The position numbers and the translations under genes are program-made. A stretch of 64,000 nucleotides of DNA from Planctomycetota bacterium (GTDB lineage Bacteria > Planctomycetota > SZUA-567 > H5-PLA8): NCBI GenBank assembly GCA_038227875.1, contig JBBRPR010000031.1:1-64000 (forward strand), read 5' to 3'. How positions within the stretch are numbered: position 1 is the first letter of the stretch; the number at the start of each line of letters is the position of its first letter. Under the pieces are notes generated by a model. The model searched no databases. It saw only the letters and a program-made list of their open reading frames with translations, and was not told where the DNA came from. Below, piece by piece: positions 31,768 to 44,230 of this stretch.

Positions 31768-34353
31768 ATGAAACATCTTCGATCTTCCGCGATTGTGTTG
31801 TGCCTGGCGATGCTGACAGCGCAAGCATTGGCAGGTGACGCCAGCACGCCGCAGGCATTCCGCACGGCGCCCACCGTAACGAAGGACAACGCGAAAGTTT
31901 TCGTCGAGTTTGCGGTTGCGCAGAAGACCGATGTCGAGGTCGCGATCGTCACTGCAAAAGGCGAGGTCGTCCGGCATCTGGCCGCCGGGGTGCTCGGAGC
32001 GGAGACGCCGCCTCCGGCGCCGCTTCAGCCCGGCCTGGCGCAGAAACTGGAGTGGGATGGCAAGAATGATTTCGGCGAACTGGTCCCGGACTCTGCGGCC
32101 TGCTCCGCCCGCGTCCGTGCGGGCATGAGCGTGAAGCTCGATGCGATCGTCGGCGGCGATCCGTATGCTTTCTTCTCCAAGGAAATGGGAGCTGGCGATC
32201 ATTTCATCTGGAAGATCACCGGCATGGACGTCAAGGCCGATGGCAGCGTGTTCGTCATGGGCAACTCCAACAACTACGGCCCTCCGGCCATCCGGCAATA
32301 TGCCGCCGACGGGACCTACAAACGAACCGTGTACCCTTTCCCCGCCGGCAAGCCCGTCGACACTGTCCAGGGCTGGGGCGTCAACGTCCGCGCAGATGGC
32401 ACCTATGCTCCCGGCTACAGCGACCTGGCTTCACCAGCGCTCAGTCGCATCCCCATTGCCGCCACGCGATCGGGATGCGCCAGCCTTCTGCCCTCGCCGG
32501 ATAAAGATGCCGTCACGGTCAGCCTTCTGGCAGCATGGGACAAGCCCACCAACCTCGGCGCGCTGATCAATATCGGAACAGACGGAACCCTGCAGGACAA
32601 CAAATCCACGCCTGTATTCGCCGACGCGCCGAAACCGGACAACCTCGCCGGTCCCCTCACCTGCGCTTACTCGCCGGACGGCAAATTCATGTACGTGAAC
32701 GGAATCTTCTCCTACACCGACGACAAAACCACCGCGGTTCAGTCCACGGGTTTCTGGCGCGACGGTCAGGTGTGGAAAGTGGACCTCGCCACCCGCAAGT
32801 CGACCGTGTTCTTTTCACTCGACGAGAAGGATGTAGTCGGCGACATGAAAGACCGCAGAACCTCCCCCATTGGCCACCTCACCCGCTACACGCCCTTTGC
32901 CGCGCTCCAAGGTCTCGCGGTCGACGACAAAGGCAATGTGCTGATCGGCGACCGCCAGAACAAACGGGTCGTGGCGCTGGATCCCGCCGGAAAACTCATT
33001 CGCGAAATTCCTGTCCTGTATACCGACGCCCTCGCCCTCGATCCGGCTTCGCACGCGCTCTACGTGACGACCCGCACGGGCGACGTCTACACCAAAGGCG
33101 AAGTCAAACTCCTGAAGTTCAACGATTGGACCAAGGATACCGAACCGTCCATCACCCGAACGATCTGTCCGAGTTACGGCTACTCGCCGCGGACTTTCCT
33201 CGGCGCCTGCAGGAGCGGCACTGACACGCTGGTGTGGCTGGCCTACACCACGCTCCCGGTTCACATTTACAAGGACAAAGGCAATGCGTTCGATCTGTTC
33301 AAGGACTTCTATGAAGCCGGCCCGCAACGCGCGCTGGACCTTCAGCACATCGTCGCCGATCCCCGGACCGACCATCTCTACATCTCCGACGGCTCGGGCG
33401 CCTGCTTCCGCATTACGGATTGGAAAAACCCGGTCTTCGTCCGCTGCATGCAGGACGAAAAGACCCCGCTCAGCGCCCTGAACCTCGCCGTCGACGCGCG
33501 CCACCGTGTGCTCTACGGTCACGCCGACCGCAAGCCCGTCGTCCGCTACAAAATGGACGAGGCCTACTTCACCCCGATCATGAATCCCAACTCCGATACC
33601 GCCGTGACCCCCGCCTACAATAACGACTGGCGCATCGGGCTGGGCTTTGGCGATCGCGGCTTGGCCGTTGCCCCGGACGGCAGCGTCGTCACGCTCGGTG
33701 CGCTGATCAACGGCAAGTTCAAGGGCGACGACTACGGCGGATACCTGCACTTTTTTAAAGCCGATACCACACAGGCGCCGTGGCACGAGGTGTATTTCGA
33801 GGCCTTCGGTGCGGCGCGGTCTGGCGGCGTGCGCTTCGATTCCCGTGGAAATCTGTACGTCGGCAGAACCGACACCCGTCCCAAAACGCCACCGGCCGGC
33901 TTCGAGAAGGACAGCCTCTTCCTGGCCAGCCTCGGCCACATCTACAAATTTGCTCCGACGGGAACCGCGGGGAATCTGTTTCCGAGCGAACCCGCCGCGC
34001 CGGCTAAAATTTACGATGTCAATTACGGCTCGATCAGCAACTTTTTTGGCCGCACCTGCCGCTTCGGCGTCGACGCTTACGGCCGCATCTATTATCCGAC
34101 GTCGCTGGAACCGAAAGTCTCCGTCATCGACAACGAAGGCAATCCGGTCGTGAGTTTCGGCACCTACGGCAATCGCGACTCCATGGGCGGGCTGCCCGGC
34201 GACCAGGTCCCGACCAAAGACATTCCAATGGCCTGGCCTAACAGTGTCGATGCCACTGACGATTACATTTACGTCAGCGACCTCGTCAACATTCGCGTAA
34301 TGCGGCTGGCAAAATCGTTCGCCATCGATGCCACGGTCAAAATTCAGAACTGA
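31768..34353 (+). CDS. secreted protein with FlgD-like Ig domain and NHL/beta-propeller repeats
   Basis: Signal peptide; VVRHLAAG...LEWDGKND (FlgD-like); GLAVDDKGNVLIGDRQNKRV and FGVDAYGRIYYP (NHL-like). Confidence 0.8.
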   Translation: MKHLRSSAIVLCLAMLTAQALAGDASTPQAFRTAPTVTKDNAKVFVEFAVAQKTDVEVAIVTAKGEVVRHLAAGVLGAETPPPAPLQPGLAQKLEWDGKNDFGELVPDSAACSARVRAGMSVKLDAIVGGDPYAFFSKEMGAGDHFIWKITGMDVKADGSVFVMGNSNNYGPPAIRQYAADGTYKRTVYPFPAGKPVDTVQGWGVNVRADGTYAPGYSDLASPALSRIPIAATRSGCASLLPSPDKDAVTVSLLAAWDKPTNLGALINIGTDGTLQDNKSTPVFADAPKPDNLAGPLTCAYSPDGKFMYVNGIFSYTDDKTTAVQSTGFWRDGQVWKVDLATRKSTVFFSLDEKDVVGDMKDRRTSPIGHLTRYTPFAALQGLAVDDKGNVLIGDRQNKRVVALDPAGKLIREIPVLYTDALALDPASHALYVTTRTGDVYTKGEVKLLKFNDWTKDTEPSITRTICPSYGYSPRTFLGACRSGTDTLVWLAYTTLPVHIYKDKGNAFDLFKDFYEAGPQRALDLQHIVADPRTDHLYISDGSGACFRITDWKNPVFVRCMQDEKTPLSALNLAVDARHRVLYGHADRKPVVRYKMDEAYFTPIMNPNSDTAVTPAYNNDWRIGLGFGDRGLAVAPDGSVVTLGALINGKFKGDDYGGYLHFFKADTTQAPWHEVYFEAFGAARSGGVRFDSRGNLYVGRTDTRPKTPPAGFEKDSLFLASLGHIYKFAPTGTAGNLFPSEPAAPAKIYDVNYGSISNFFGRTCRFGVDAYGRIYYPTSLEPKVSVIDNEGNPVVSFGTYGNRDSMGGLPGDQVPTKDIPMAWPNSVDATDDYIYVSDLVNIRVMRLAKSFAIDATVKIQN

Positions 34354-34444
34354 CCCAGTGCCTCATTCTGGCAATGACGTACTCCTCGATTTTCGTATGC
34401 TGGGTTGACCTGTCTGGCCATCCCAACGATCGTCGAGGACCACC

Positions 34445-35092
34445 GTGGCGCTAAAGTCTTCCACCCTCACCCACCTCAACACCTTCACCACGCGTTACGC
34501 CCGCATGAGCGACTTTGCGCCCGCGCTCTCGCGCGCGACGGAGCTGATCTGCGGCTGCGCGCGTTCCGGATGCAAGGTGCTGACCTGCGGCAACGGCGGC
34601 AGCGCCGCGGACAGCGAACACATCGCCGCAGAGCTGATGAAAGCGTTCATCCTGCCCCGCCCCGTTTCCAGCGACGAGACGCAAAAGCTGAACGCCGGCG
34701 GCGCCGGCGAACTCGCGCCAAAATTGCAGCGCGGCGTCGCCACCGTGGCGCTCACCTCCAACGCCGCGATCATGACCGCCGTCGCCAACGATACCGATGC
34801 GCAGATGATCTTCGCGCAGCAGGCCTTCGTCCTCGGCCGCGCCGGAGACATCCTGATCGGGCTGAGCACCTCCGGGAATTCCGGCAACGTCGTCAACGCG
34901 CTCAAAGTCGCGCGATCGCTGGGGCTGCACACGATCGGCTTCACCGGCTCGAAAACCGCCGCGATGGACAACCTCTGCGACGTGCTCTTCAAAGTTCCTG
35001 AAACGGAGACGTACAAAATTCAGGAGTGCCACTTTCCGATCTACCACACGCTGTGTTTGATGGTCGAGCAGGAATTGTACGGCATCGATTGA
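34445..35092 (+). CDS. gmhA: SIS-domain sugar isomerase, phosphoheptose isomerase (GmhA) family
   Basis: CGNGGSAADSEHIAAEL, TAVAND, LSTSGNS, IQECH. Confidence 0.85.
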   Translation: MALKSSTLTHLNTFTTRYARMSDFAPALSRATELICGCARSGCKVLTCGNGGSAADSEHIAAELMKAFILPRPVSSDETQKLNAGGAGELAPKLQRGVATVALTSNAAIMTAVANDTDAQMIFAQQAFVLGRAGDILIGLSTSGNSGNVVNALKVARSLGLHTIGFTGSKTAAMDNLCDVLFKVPETETYKIQECHFPIYHTLCLMVEQELYGID

Positions 35093-35124
35093 ACCCAGGT
35101 ATTCAAACGACTCGAGGACCACCC

Positions 35125-36093
35125 ATGAAAACGTACACCATTCCGCACACGACGCTGAAAACTGCACGCATCGCCTATGGTTGCGGTTCGATCGGCGGCT
35201 CCTGGGATCAGACGCCCAACACCGATGCGCATCGCGCCGCCGCGGTCAAGGCGCTTCGCGCCGCGCTCGACGCCGGCCTGAATTTCTTCGACCATGCCGA
35301 CATCTACTGCTATGGAAAATCGGAATCCCTCTTCGCAGAAACCATGCGCGAGCTCGGTGCCAGCCGCGACCATTTCATTCTGCAATCGAAGACCGGCATC
35401 TGCTTCAAAGGCGACACCGCGCCCGACGCCGTCGGCCGCTACGATTTTTCCCACGCGCACATCATCGCCTCGGCCGAAGGCAGCCTCAAACGGCTCGGCA
35501 CCGAGTACCTCGACATTCTGCTGCTTCACCGTCCCGATGTGCTGGTTGAACCCGAAGAAGTCGCGCGCGCGTTCGATTCGCTGCAGAAGAGCGGCAAGGT
35601 CCGCCACTTTGGCGTGAGCAACCACAACGTCCAGCAGCTGGAGCTGCTGCGCAAATACATCAAGCAGCCCTTCGTCGCTAATCAGCTTCAGTTCAGCCTT
35701 GTCCACACCGGCCTGGTCGACGCCGGCATCAGCGTCAATCAAGCCAAGCCCTCGGTGGGTTGCGAAGGCATCGTCGACTACTGCCGGCTTCACAACATCC
35801 AGATTCAAGCCTGGAGCCCCATGGCCAACGGCCGCGCCACGGGAACGTGGACCGACGGCAAACCCGCCGACGAACTCGCCCGCGTTGTCGCTGAATTCGC
35901 GCAGAAGAAAAACGTCCCGCCCGACGCCATCGCGCTGGCCTGGGTCCTGCGCCATCCCGCCGGCATTCTCCCGATCATCGGCTCAATGAAACCCGACCGC
36001 ATCGCCGCCGCGAGCAAAGCCGACGGCGTCGAATTGACTCACGGCGATTGGTACCGGTTGTATCAGGCCGCGCGCGGACAGGCGGTGCCGTAG
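35125..36093 (+). CDS. aldo/keto reductase (YdhF/YcsN-like)
   Basis: FFDHADIY, LDILLLHRPD, GKVRHFGVSN, QAWSPMA, WVLRHP; ATG at 35125 with GAGG RBS. Confidence 0.92.
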   Translation: MKTYTIPHTTLKTARIAYGCGSIGGSWDQTPNTDAHRAAAVKALRAALDAGLNFFDHADIYCYGKSESLFAETMRELGASRDHFILQSKTGICFKGDTAPDAVGRYDFSHAHIIASAEGSLKRLGTEYLDILLLHRPDVLVEPEEVARAFDSLQKSGKVRHFGVSNHNVQQLELLRKYIKQPFVANQLQFSLVHTGLVDAGISVNQAKPSVGCEGIVDYCRLHNIQIQAWSPMANGRATGTWTDGKPADELARVVAEFAQKKNVPPDAIALAWVLRHPAGILPIIGSMKPDRIAAASKADGVELTHGDWYRLYQAARGQAVP

Positions 36094-36109
36094 GGCGGCT
36101 CCGGAAGAT

Positions 36110-36270
36110 AATTTTGAATTCTTAATTTTGAATTGCTGCCGCAGCGAAGTAATTCAAAATTTAGAATTCAAAAGTCAAAATTGCCAGGAATCCGATCGGC
36201 TCAGCTCCGGCTCTTGGGAGAGCGTGCGAACTCGCTCTCCCAAGAGCCAAGAGCAAAGAGCCAAGAGCTA
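36110..36270. repeat. two adjacent heptamer-repeat hairpins between convergent genes
   Basis: TTTTGAA-type units inverted against TTCAAAA-type units (36110-36183); GGCTCTTGGGAGAGCG...CGCTCTCCCAAGAGCC followed by further (C/A)AAGAGC units (to 36268). Confidence 0.8.
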
Positions 36271-37326
36271 CTAATATTCGAGTTTCACTTCCTTACCTTC
36301 AGCCGCGCTGCGGTACAGGCCGTCGAGGATCGCGATCACGTCCAGCGATTGTTCGGGCGGCACCGGCGAGGGCTTGCCGTTGGCGATGGCTTCGGCAAAC
36401 GCGACACATTCTTCCGCGTGCGGTTCGCCGCCTTCGTTCGACAGCAACTGCGTGTTGGTGTGAATTTTCAGCGTGTTGTTCGTCTTCAGGATTTCGTTGC
36501 TCGGCCACTGACAGCCGCCCTTGTCGCCGTACAGCCACATCTGCATGTCTTCGCCGGTGGTCTTGTGGTTGAGCAGCCACGAACATTCCAGGATCAAGGT
36601 CGAACCATTGGCGAAGCGCACGAACGCGCTGGCGAATTCCTCGACGTCCCACTCCTTGGCGATCGGACCGCCCCAGTTGCTGAACGCGCCGGGCAGCTTG
36701 CGCAGCCGGTCCTGCGTCACGCCGGAAACGGAGACCGGCCGCGGGTTGCCCATCATCCAAAGCGTCAGATCCAGAATGTGGACGCCGATGTCGATGCACG
36801 GTCCGCCGCCGGAATGCTTCTTCATGATGAAGCCCGGCCGCATCGGCGCGCCGCTGCGCCGCAGCATCCAGCTTCGTGCGTGGTAGATCTCGCCCAGCGT
36901 GCCGGTGTCGAGTTCCGCCTTCAGGGTCTTCGTGCTGCTCATGAAGCGGAAGTGCTGCGCGGTCATCAGCAGCTTGCCGCTCTTGTTGCGCGCGACGATC
37001 ATCTTCTTGATGTCATCGGGCGTCGGCGCGAGCGGCTTTTCGCAGATCACGTGCTTGCCGGCTTCCAGAGCTTTGATGCTCAGCGGCGCGTGGTAGGCGT
37101 TGGGCGTGCAGACGTCGACGATGTCGATCTCCTTGTTCGCGATCAGCTCTTCAGCCTTCTCGTAAACATGAGCGACTTTGAATTCTTCACCGATTTTCTT
37201 GGCGGTCGCGGTATCCAGATCGGAAACGGCGACGAGCTCCGCGTCCGGGCTCTTCGCCCAGCCGGGAAAATGCGTGCGCGCGATTCCGCCGACGCCGATC
37301 ACGCCGACTTTCAACTTTTTGGCCAT
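36271..37326 (-). CDS. Gfo/Idh/MocA family oxidoreductase
   Basis: VGVIGVGGIA, AGKHVICEKP, GGGPCIDIGVH. Confidence 0.93.
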   Translation of the reverse strand: MAKKLKVGVIGVGGIARTHFPGWAKSPDAELVAVSDLDTATAKKIGEEFKVAHVYEKAEELIANKEIDIVDVCTPNAYHAPLSIKALEAGKHVICEKPLAPTPDDIKKMIVARNKSGKLLMTAQHFRFMSSTKTLKAELDTGTLGEIYHARSWMLRRSGAPMRPGFIMKKHSGGGPCIDIGVHILDLTLWMMGNPRPVSVSGVTQDRLRKLPGAFSNWGGPIAKEWDVEEFASAFVRFANGSTLILECSWLLNHKTTGEDMQMWLYGDKGGCQWPSNEILKTNNTLKIHTNTQLLSNEGGEPHAEECVAFAEAIANGKPSPVPPEQSLDVIAILDGLYRSAAEGKEVKLEY

Positions 37327-37413
37327 GAACGTTCCTGCCTCCTGTGGTGGTTGGGTGGGTTGGGTGTCTCGCTAATGGTATAGAACGCCGCTTTCGGCGC
37401 GCAACTCCGAATG

Positions 37414-37467
37414 GTGCCACGGATGCGCCGTCACGTGAGCGCAGCGAAAGTGGCGGTTCATCCGTGC
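37414..37467 (+). repeat. 54-nt structured repeat, copy 2
   Basis: GTGC-CACGGATG-CG-CCGTCAC-G-TGAGCGCAGCGAA-A-GTGGCGG-TT-CATCCGTG-C; an inverted half-copy GCACGGATGAAC lies near 37520. Confidence 0.85.
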
Positions 37468-37544
37468 GAGACGCGTCGCGAAACACGGAATGTCCCGCAA
37501 CCGGTTGGCGAAGCGCACCGCACGGATGAACGAAAGTCTTCGCT

Positions 37545-39449
37545 TCAGCTCGTCGTCGCGTGCTTGGCAATCATCAGCGTTCCCTGCGGCAGCGTCACGC
37601 CGCCCCAATCCGGGACCAACCGCACCAGATGCGCTTCGCCGGCGATGCCCTTCAGCGCGGCGTGGAACGGTTCGGTCTTGAAATGGTAGCGCGTCAGAAT
37701 CTCTTCCATCGCCGGATCGCGGAGAAGCTCTTCGAAAAAGACGATGTCGCCGCCGCGGCTCTCGTTCTGGATGCGCGCGGCCAGGTTCACCGTCGTGCCG
37801 AAGTAATCGATGCGGTTGTTGAAATTCACCGCGATGCACGGCCCGCGGTGGAAGCCCAGCTTCACCACCATCGCCGCCATCTGCGGGTGATGCTTCCACA
37901 GCTCGACGAACGCGTGTTGAATCTCGAAGCAGCATTCCAGCGCCTGCGGAGCGGAGAAGAACATCGCCATCACCGCGTCGCCGATCGTCTTCACGATCCC
38001 GCCGTGGTGCTTGCGGATGACGTCCTGCATCACTTTGAAATGCTCCCGCACCAGCGCGTACGCCGCGGCGTCGCCGATCTGCTTGTACAGCGCCGTCGAA
38101 CCGCGCAGATCGGAGAAGAGCAGCGTCAGCGAGCGGACGGAAAGTTCCTCGTCGGGAATCAGCACATCCTTGGAGGCGAGGTCGTAAAATTCCGGCATCG
38201 ACGTCACCAGCACGCCGCTGGCCGCGTGATCGTCCCACGCCGCGTGTTCCAGCTTGATATCCATGAAGGCCGAGGCCGACGACGTGACTTCGAATTCGCA
38301 GTGCCCGCTGCCGATCGTCATTTCCTTGCCGGGCCCGAAGCCCAGGTCGCTCACGAAGATCGCCGCGCGGTTTTCCGCCTCCGGCCGCGGCGCGCCGACC
38401 TGCACATCCATCGTCTCCTTGGCCTGCGTGGCGCGGAAACGGTAGAGCCCCGGCGTGAGATCGATGCCGATGCGCCGCGCCTCTCCCGGCTCAAGGCGCA
38501 ATTGCGCGCGGATGTGAGGCGTGCGGCTGGGGTCGCCGGCGCAGTAGATGCGGTCTTCCGTCGCGCGCACGGCTTTGTTGACTGTGAATCGCGCTTCCAC
38601 CGACCGGTCGAATTCCGTGGTGAAATCGATGTTGCAGGAATCGCAATGCGACTGCTTCTTCAGGTAACGCAGGCCCGTCAGCCCCGAGCGCGCGCTGCGG
38701 CAGTGCGGGCAGATCACCTGCCAGCGCAAGTCCATCAATCCGGCGCGGACGGCGCGCATGTAGAAGGTCAGAACGTCCATGCGCGGCAGTTGCCAGCGCT
38801 GCGCCACTTCAAACGGCCGCACGCGCACCACGTCTTCGTCAGGAAGTCTTTCCAGATCGGCGCTGATCTTCGCCAGCATCTCGTCGCCGCAGCCCAGTTC
38901 GCGCAGCTGCCGGCGCGCGCTTTCCAGAGCCGCGCCGTTGACCACCGGGCGCCTGTTCGCGTGCAGCACCACCGTCTGAGCGCGTTTGGTCACGGCTTCA
39001 TCTGCCACGCGCGCGGCCATCACGGCCTTGTCGAGCCAATTGTTGACCGCCATCTTTACCAGCCAGTGCGTGGTCACCGACGGCGGCGCGTACTCGCAGG
39101 CGAACGTGACTTTCGTGCCGCCGGGATCGTTGTCGAGATGCATCTCGTAGATGCCGACCTTGAACGGCCCCTTGCTGTAGTTGCGCTGCACGCGCCAGAG
39201 CACCGGCTCGATCCATTCGAACGGCAGCTCTTCCCATTGCAGGCTCATGCCCAGCACCGCCGCGTTGCCCTGCACATCCGAGCCGCCGCGCGCGTTGGCC
39301 GTGACCGTGTAGTCAATCGTGGGAAGTCCCCATTCGCGGTTGAGCGAATTGGTGGACGAGAGCAGCGGCCACAGCGCGGTGCGCGACGCGCGCACAACCA
39401 CCGAGCGGCTGCGTCTTAACAGCGGGACTGCAAGAATGGTGGTGGGCAT
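37545..39449 (-). CDS. class III adenylate/guanylate cyclase with SRPBCC-like and DUF5939-like N-terminal domains
   Basis: LLFSDLRGSTALY, IVKTIGDAVMA, DYFGTTVNLAAR; CPHC...CDSC zinc-like motif; WEELPFEW in the N-terminus. Confidence 0.9.
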   Translation of the reverse strand: MPTTILAVPLLRRSRSVVVRASRTALWPLLSSTNSLNREWGLPTIDYTVTANARGGSDVQGNAAVLGMSLQWEELPFEWIEPVLWRVQRNYSKGPFKVGIYEMHLDNDPGGTKVTFACEYAPPSVTTHWLVKMAVNNWLDKAVMAARVADEAVTKRAQTVVLHANRRPVVNGAALESARRQLRELGCGDEMLAKISADLERLPDEDVVRVRPFEVAQRWQLPRMDVLTFYMRAVRAGLMDLRWQVICPHCRSARSGLTGLRYLKKQSHCDSCNIDFTTEFDRSVEARFTVNKAVRATEDRIYCAGDPSRTPHIRAQLRLEPGEARRIGIDLTPGLYRFRATQAKETMDVQVGAPRPEAENRAAIFVSDLGFGPGKEMTIGSGHCEFEVTSSASAFMDIKLEHAAWDDHAASGVLVTSMPEFYDLASKDVLIPDEELSVRSLTLLFSDLRGSTALYKQIGDAAAYALVREHFKVMQDVIRKHHGGIVKTIGDAVMAMFFSAPQALECCFEIQHAFVELWKHHPQMAAMVVKLGFHRGPCIAVNFNNRIDYFGTTVNLAARIQNESRGGDIVFFEELLRDPAMEEILTRYHFKTEPFHAALKGIAGEAHLVRLVPDWGGVTLPQGTLMIAKHATTS

Positions 39450-39627
39450 GCCGTATCAGCCGCTCGCGCCGGACCAACCGGAAGACTAAATGTGACGTAT
39501 CACTTTAATCTGAAGGTAGGCATGGCACTACTGTATTCCTGAATATGGTATGCGCTGCTGGCGGACATGTTTCATTGCGAATGTGATCGGGCAGGCGCCG
39601 TAAAATCTGTCCGATGCCCGATACCAT

Positions 39628-41062
39628 CTATCTGTCACGCAAATGGCCCTGCAGCTCTTCAATATGATGCTGGCAGTCGGATTTGTGATCCGGGCCTGGA
39701 CCGGTGCTGGGCTTGTTGTGATTGTTCTGCGGGAAGTTCTGCTTGAAGTCTTCGTACAGGCGCTTGGCATCCTTCCACAGTTCGATCTGTTCCTTGCGGG
39801 GCCGGTTTTCTTCAGCCTGCAAGCGCCGGTTTTCGGCGGCAATCCAGAGCGCATCGCCCCAGGTGACATTGCTGTTCTTAGGATACTTGTCGATCATCGT
39901 CAGCGCTTCGTCGGCGGATTCCTTGTGCAATTCCAAATCGTTGCTGAGCAGATTTACCAGGCGCCACTGCGCTTCTCCGCTCTTGACCTGTTCGTGGGTG
40001 GGATTCCATTCGCGCATCTTGATCAGCGTGCTGATTTCGTGGAGCGGATCGTACGGGTGCAGTCCGTGGTAGCGGTGCGAGAGCTCCCACATCATGTTGG
40101 CATCGCCTTCGGCCTGCTGCTCGCGCTTGATTAAAAATTCCGCCAGCGTCGGCTTCTCGGTCAACATCTTTTCACGTTCGACGGTGTCCCACTGATCCCA
40201 GGTCTTCCAGTCCTTGTTGAAGTCCGGCCGCGCTTCGTCGGCTTTCATCTTCGCCAGCTTGCGCTCTTTCCACTCGGTGAACAGCGCTTCCAATTCCACG
40301 CGCCCCATCGGCGGAGTCATGATGCAGCCCGTTTCAAAATACTTGTCTTTCACCCACGTTTCCTTGCCTGGAAACCGTTTCGGGTCCTGCTTCATCGCGA
40401 TCAGTTCCTGCAGCGCCGTCGGGTACCGTTGCATGCGATAATAAATGTTGAACGCACGCTCCAGGTCCTTGCTCTTTTCAGCGCGATCGGCGATCGATTC
40501 GGCGCGGCGCACGTACTGCAGGCGGTACTCCGCGATCAGTGGCGGTTCCGGCCGGTGTTCGCCGGGACGCGAGGGCGTCCACGTCGGCTTCACGACTTCC
40601 GGCGGCGGGGGCGGTGGAGCAGGCGTCGCGGGCGCCACCGGCGGAGCGGGCGTGGCCGGCGTCGCGGGCGCCGGTCCGGGCGCGGCTTTGTCCGCCGGCT
40701 TCGGATCGGTCTTCTTCGGGCCTTCCGCGTTCTTGGCCGTGTCCGGCATCGCGCCGCCACTGGCCCACGCTTCAATCTGATCCCACGGCACTTCCGCTGG
40801 CGCAGCCGGAGGTGCCGGCGGCGCAGGCGACGCCACGGGTGCCGGCCCCGCCACTGCGGGCGTAGCCGCCGGCGCAGGTGCTGGTGCGGGTGCGGGAGCA
40901 GGTGCAGGTGCTGGTGCTGGTGCTGGTGCCGCCACGGCAGGTGCAGGGGCAGGTGCGGGTGCGGGAGCGGGAGCGGGCTTGGGTGCTTCTGCGGCGTTCA
41001 CCACGGCACTCCACATCAGCACGGGCGTGCAGAACGCGGCCAGTTCCCAACCCCATGCGGAG

Positions 41063-41085
<23 letters not shown>
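39628..41085 (-). CDS. secreted hypothetical protein with long Pro/Ala linker and helical C-terminal domain
   Basis: GTG at 41085 with GGAGG RBS, overlapping the kinase stop; signal peptide ending VNAA; (PA)n tract at about 40600-40980. Confidence 0.75.
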
Positions 41086-43705
<2,620 letters not shown>

Positions 43706-44230
43706 GACGCCGTCATACTACCGTCTATGTTTCTTACTACCACTCAAGGGTGATGCCTATTTCGAAAAAATCCGCGCACAAGCGCAAACTTATTGAAAAT
43801 CAGCGAATGCAGCATTGGGAACGCTGTTGTCGAAAGTGGGCTATTAGCATTATTTCATGCCAGAAAACCCATGTCGATCGGCCCCGCAGCCGCCTGCCGG
43901 TGCTGATAGCTCTGTTCAGACGTACCATGCGGATCGATCGTTAGCCAAATTGCAGTGCGGAGCGCGTGAAGGCGCAGGACCCATCCGTGCTACAAAGCCG
44001 GCGACGAATTGGTGCGTTCGGCTCCATTCGGCGTGGAAGGCCGAGCCAACGCCCGTCTGCAAACCTCATCTCACTCGCGAGATCCAACTCCTTTAAACAA
44101 TGGAACATAGAAGAAATACCGTGATTTAACTTTATTTTATCGGTTTTTTGTTGAATTTAGTACCGGCCGCAGCGTATATTACTAGTAATTAGGTTCTTCA
44201 GATGAAGACCATCCTATACGGAGGTGCTTT

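Noticed and set aside
31530..34300. Similar 3' ends of the two propeller genes as a DGR template/variable pair
   Set aside because: Differences are mostly synonymous and not adenine-specific, and there is no reverse transcriptase.
37560..39419. 619-aa plus-strand ORF, and similar long antisense ORFs (48644-50263, 29150-30781, 52948-54471, 27387-28685)
   Set aside because: They lie opposite well-supported genes and have no motifs; this is the expected shadow of high-GC codon bias.
40865..40980. Hexamer tandem repeat as a non-coding VNTR
   Set aside because: It encodes the (Pro-Ala)n linker with varied third positions, so it is explained at protein level.
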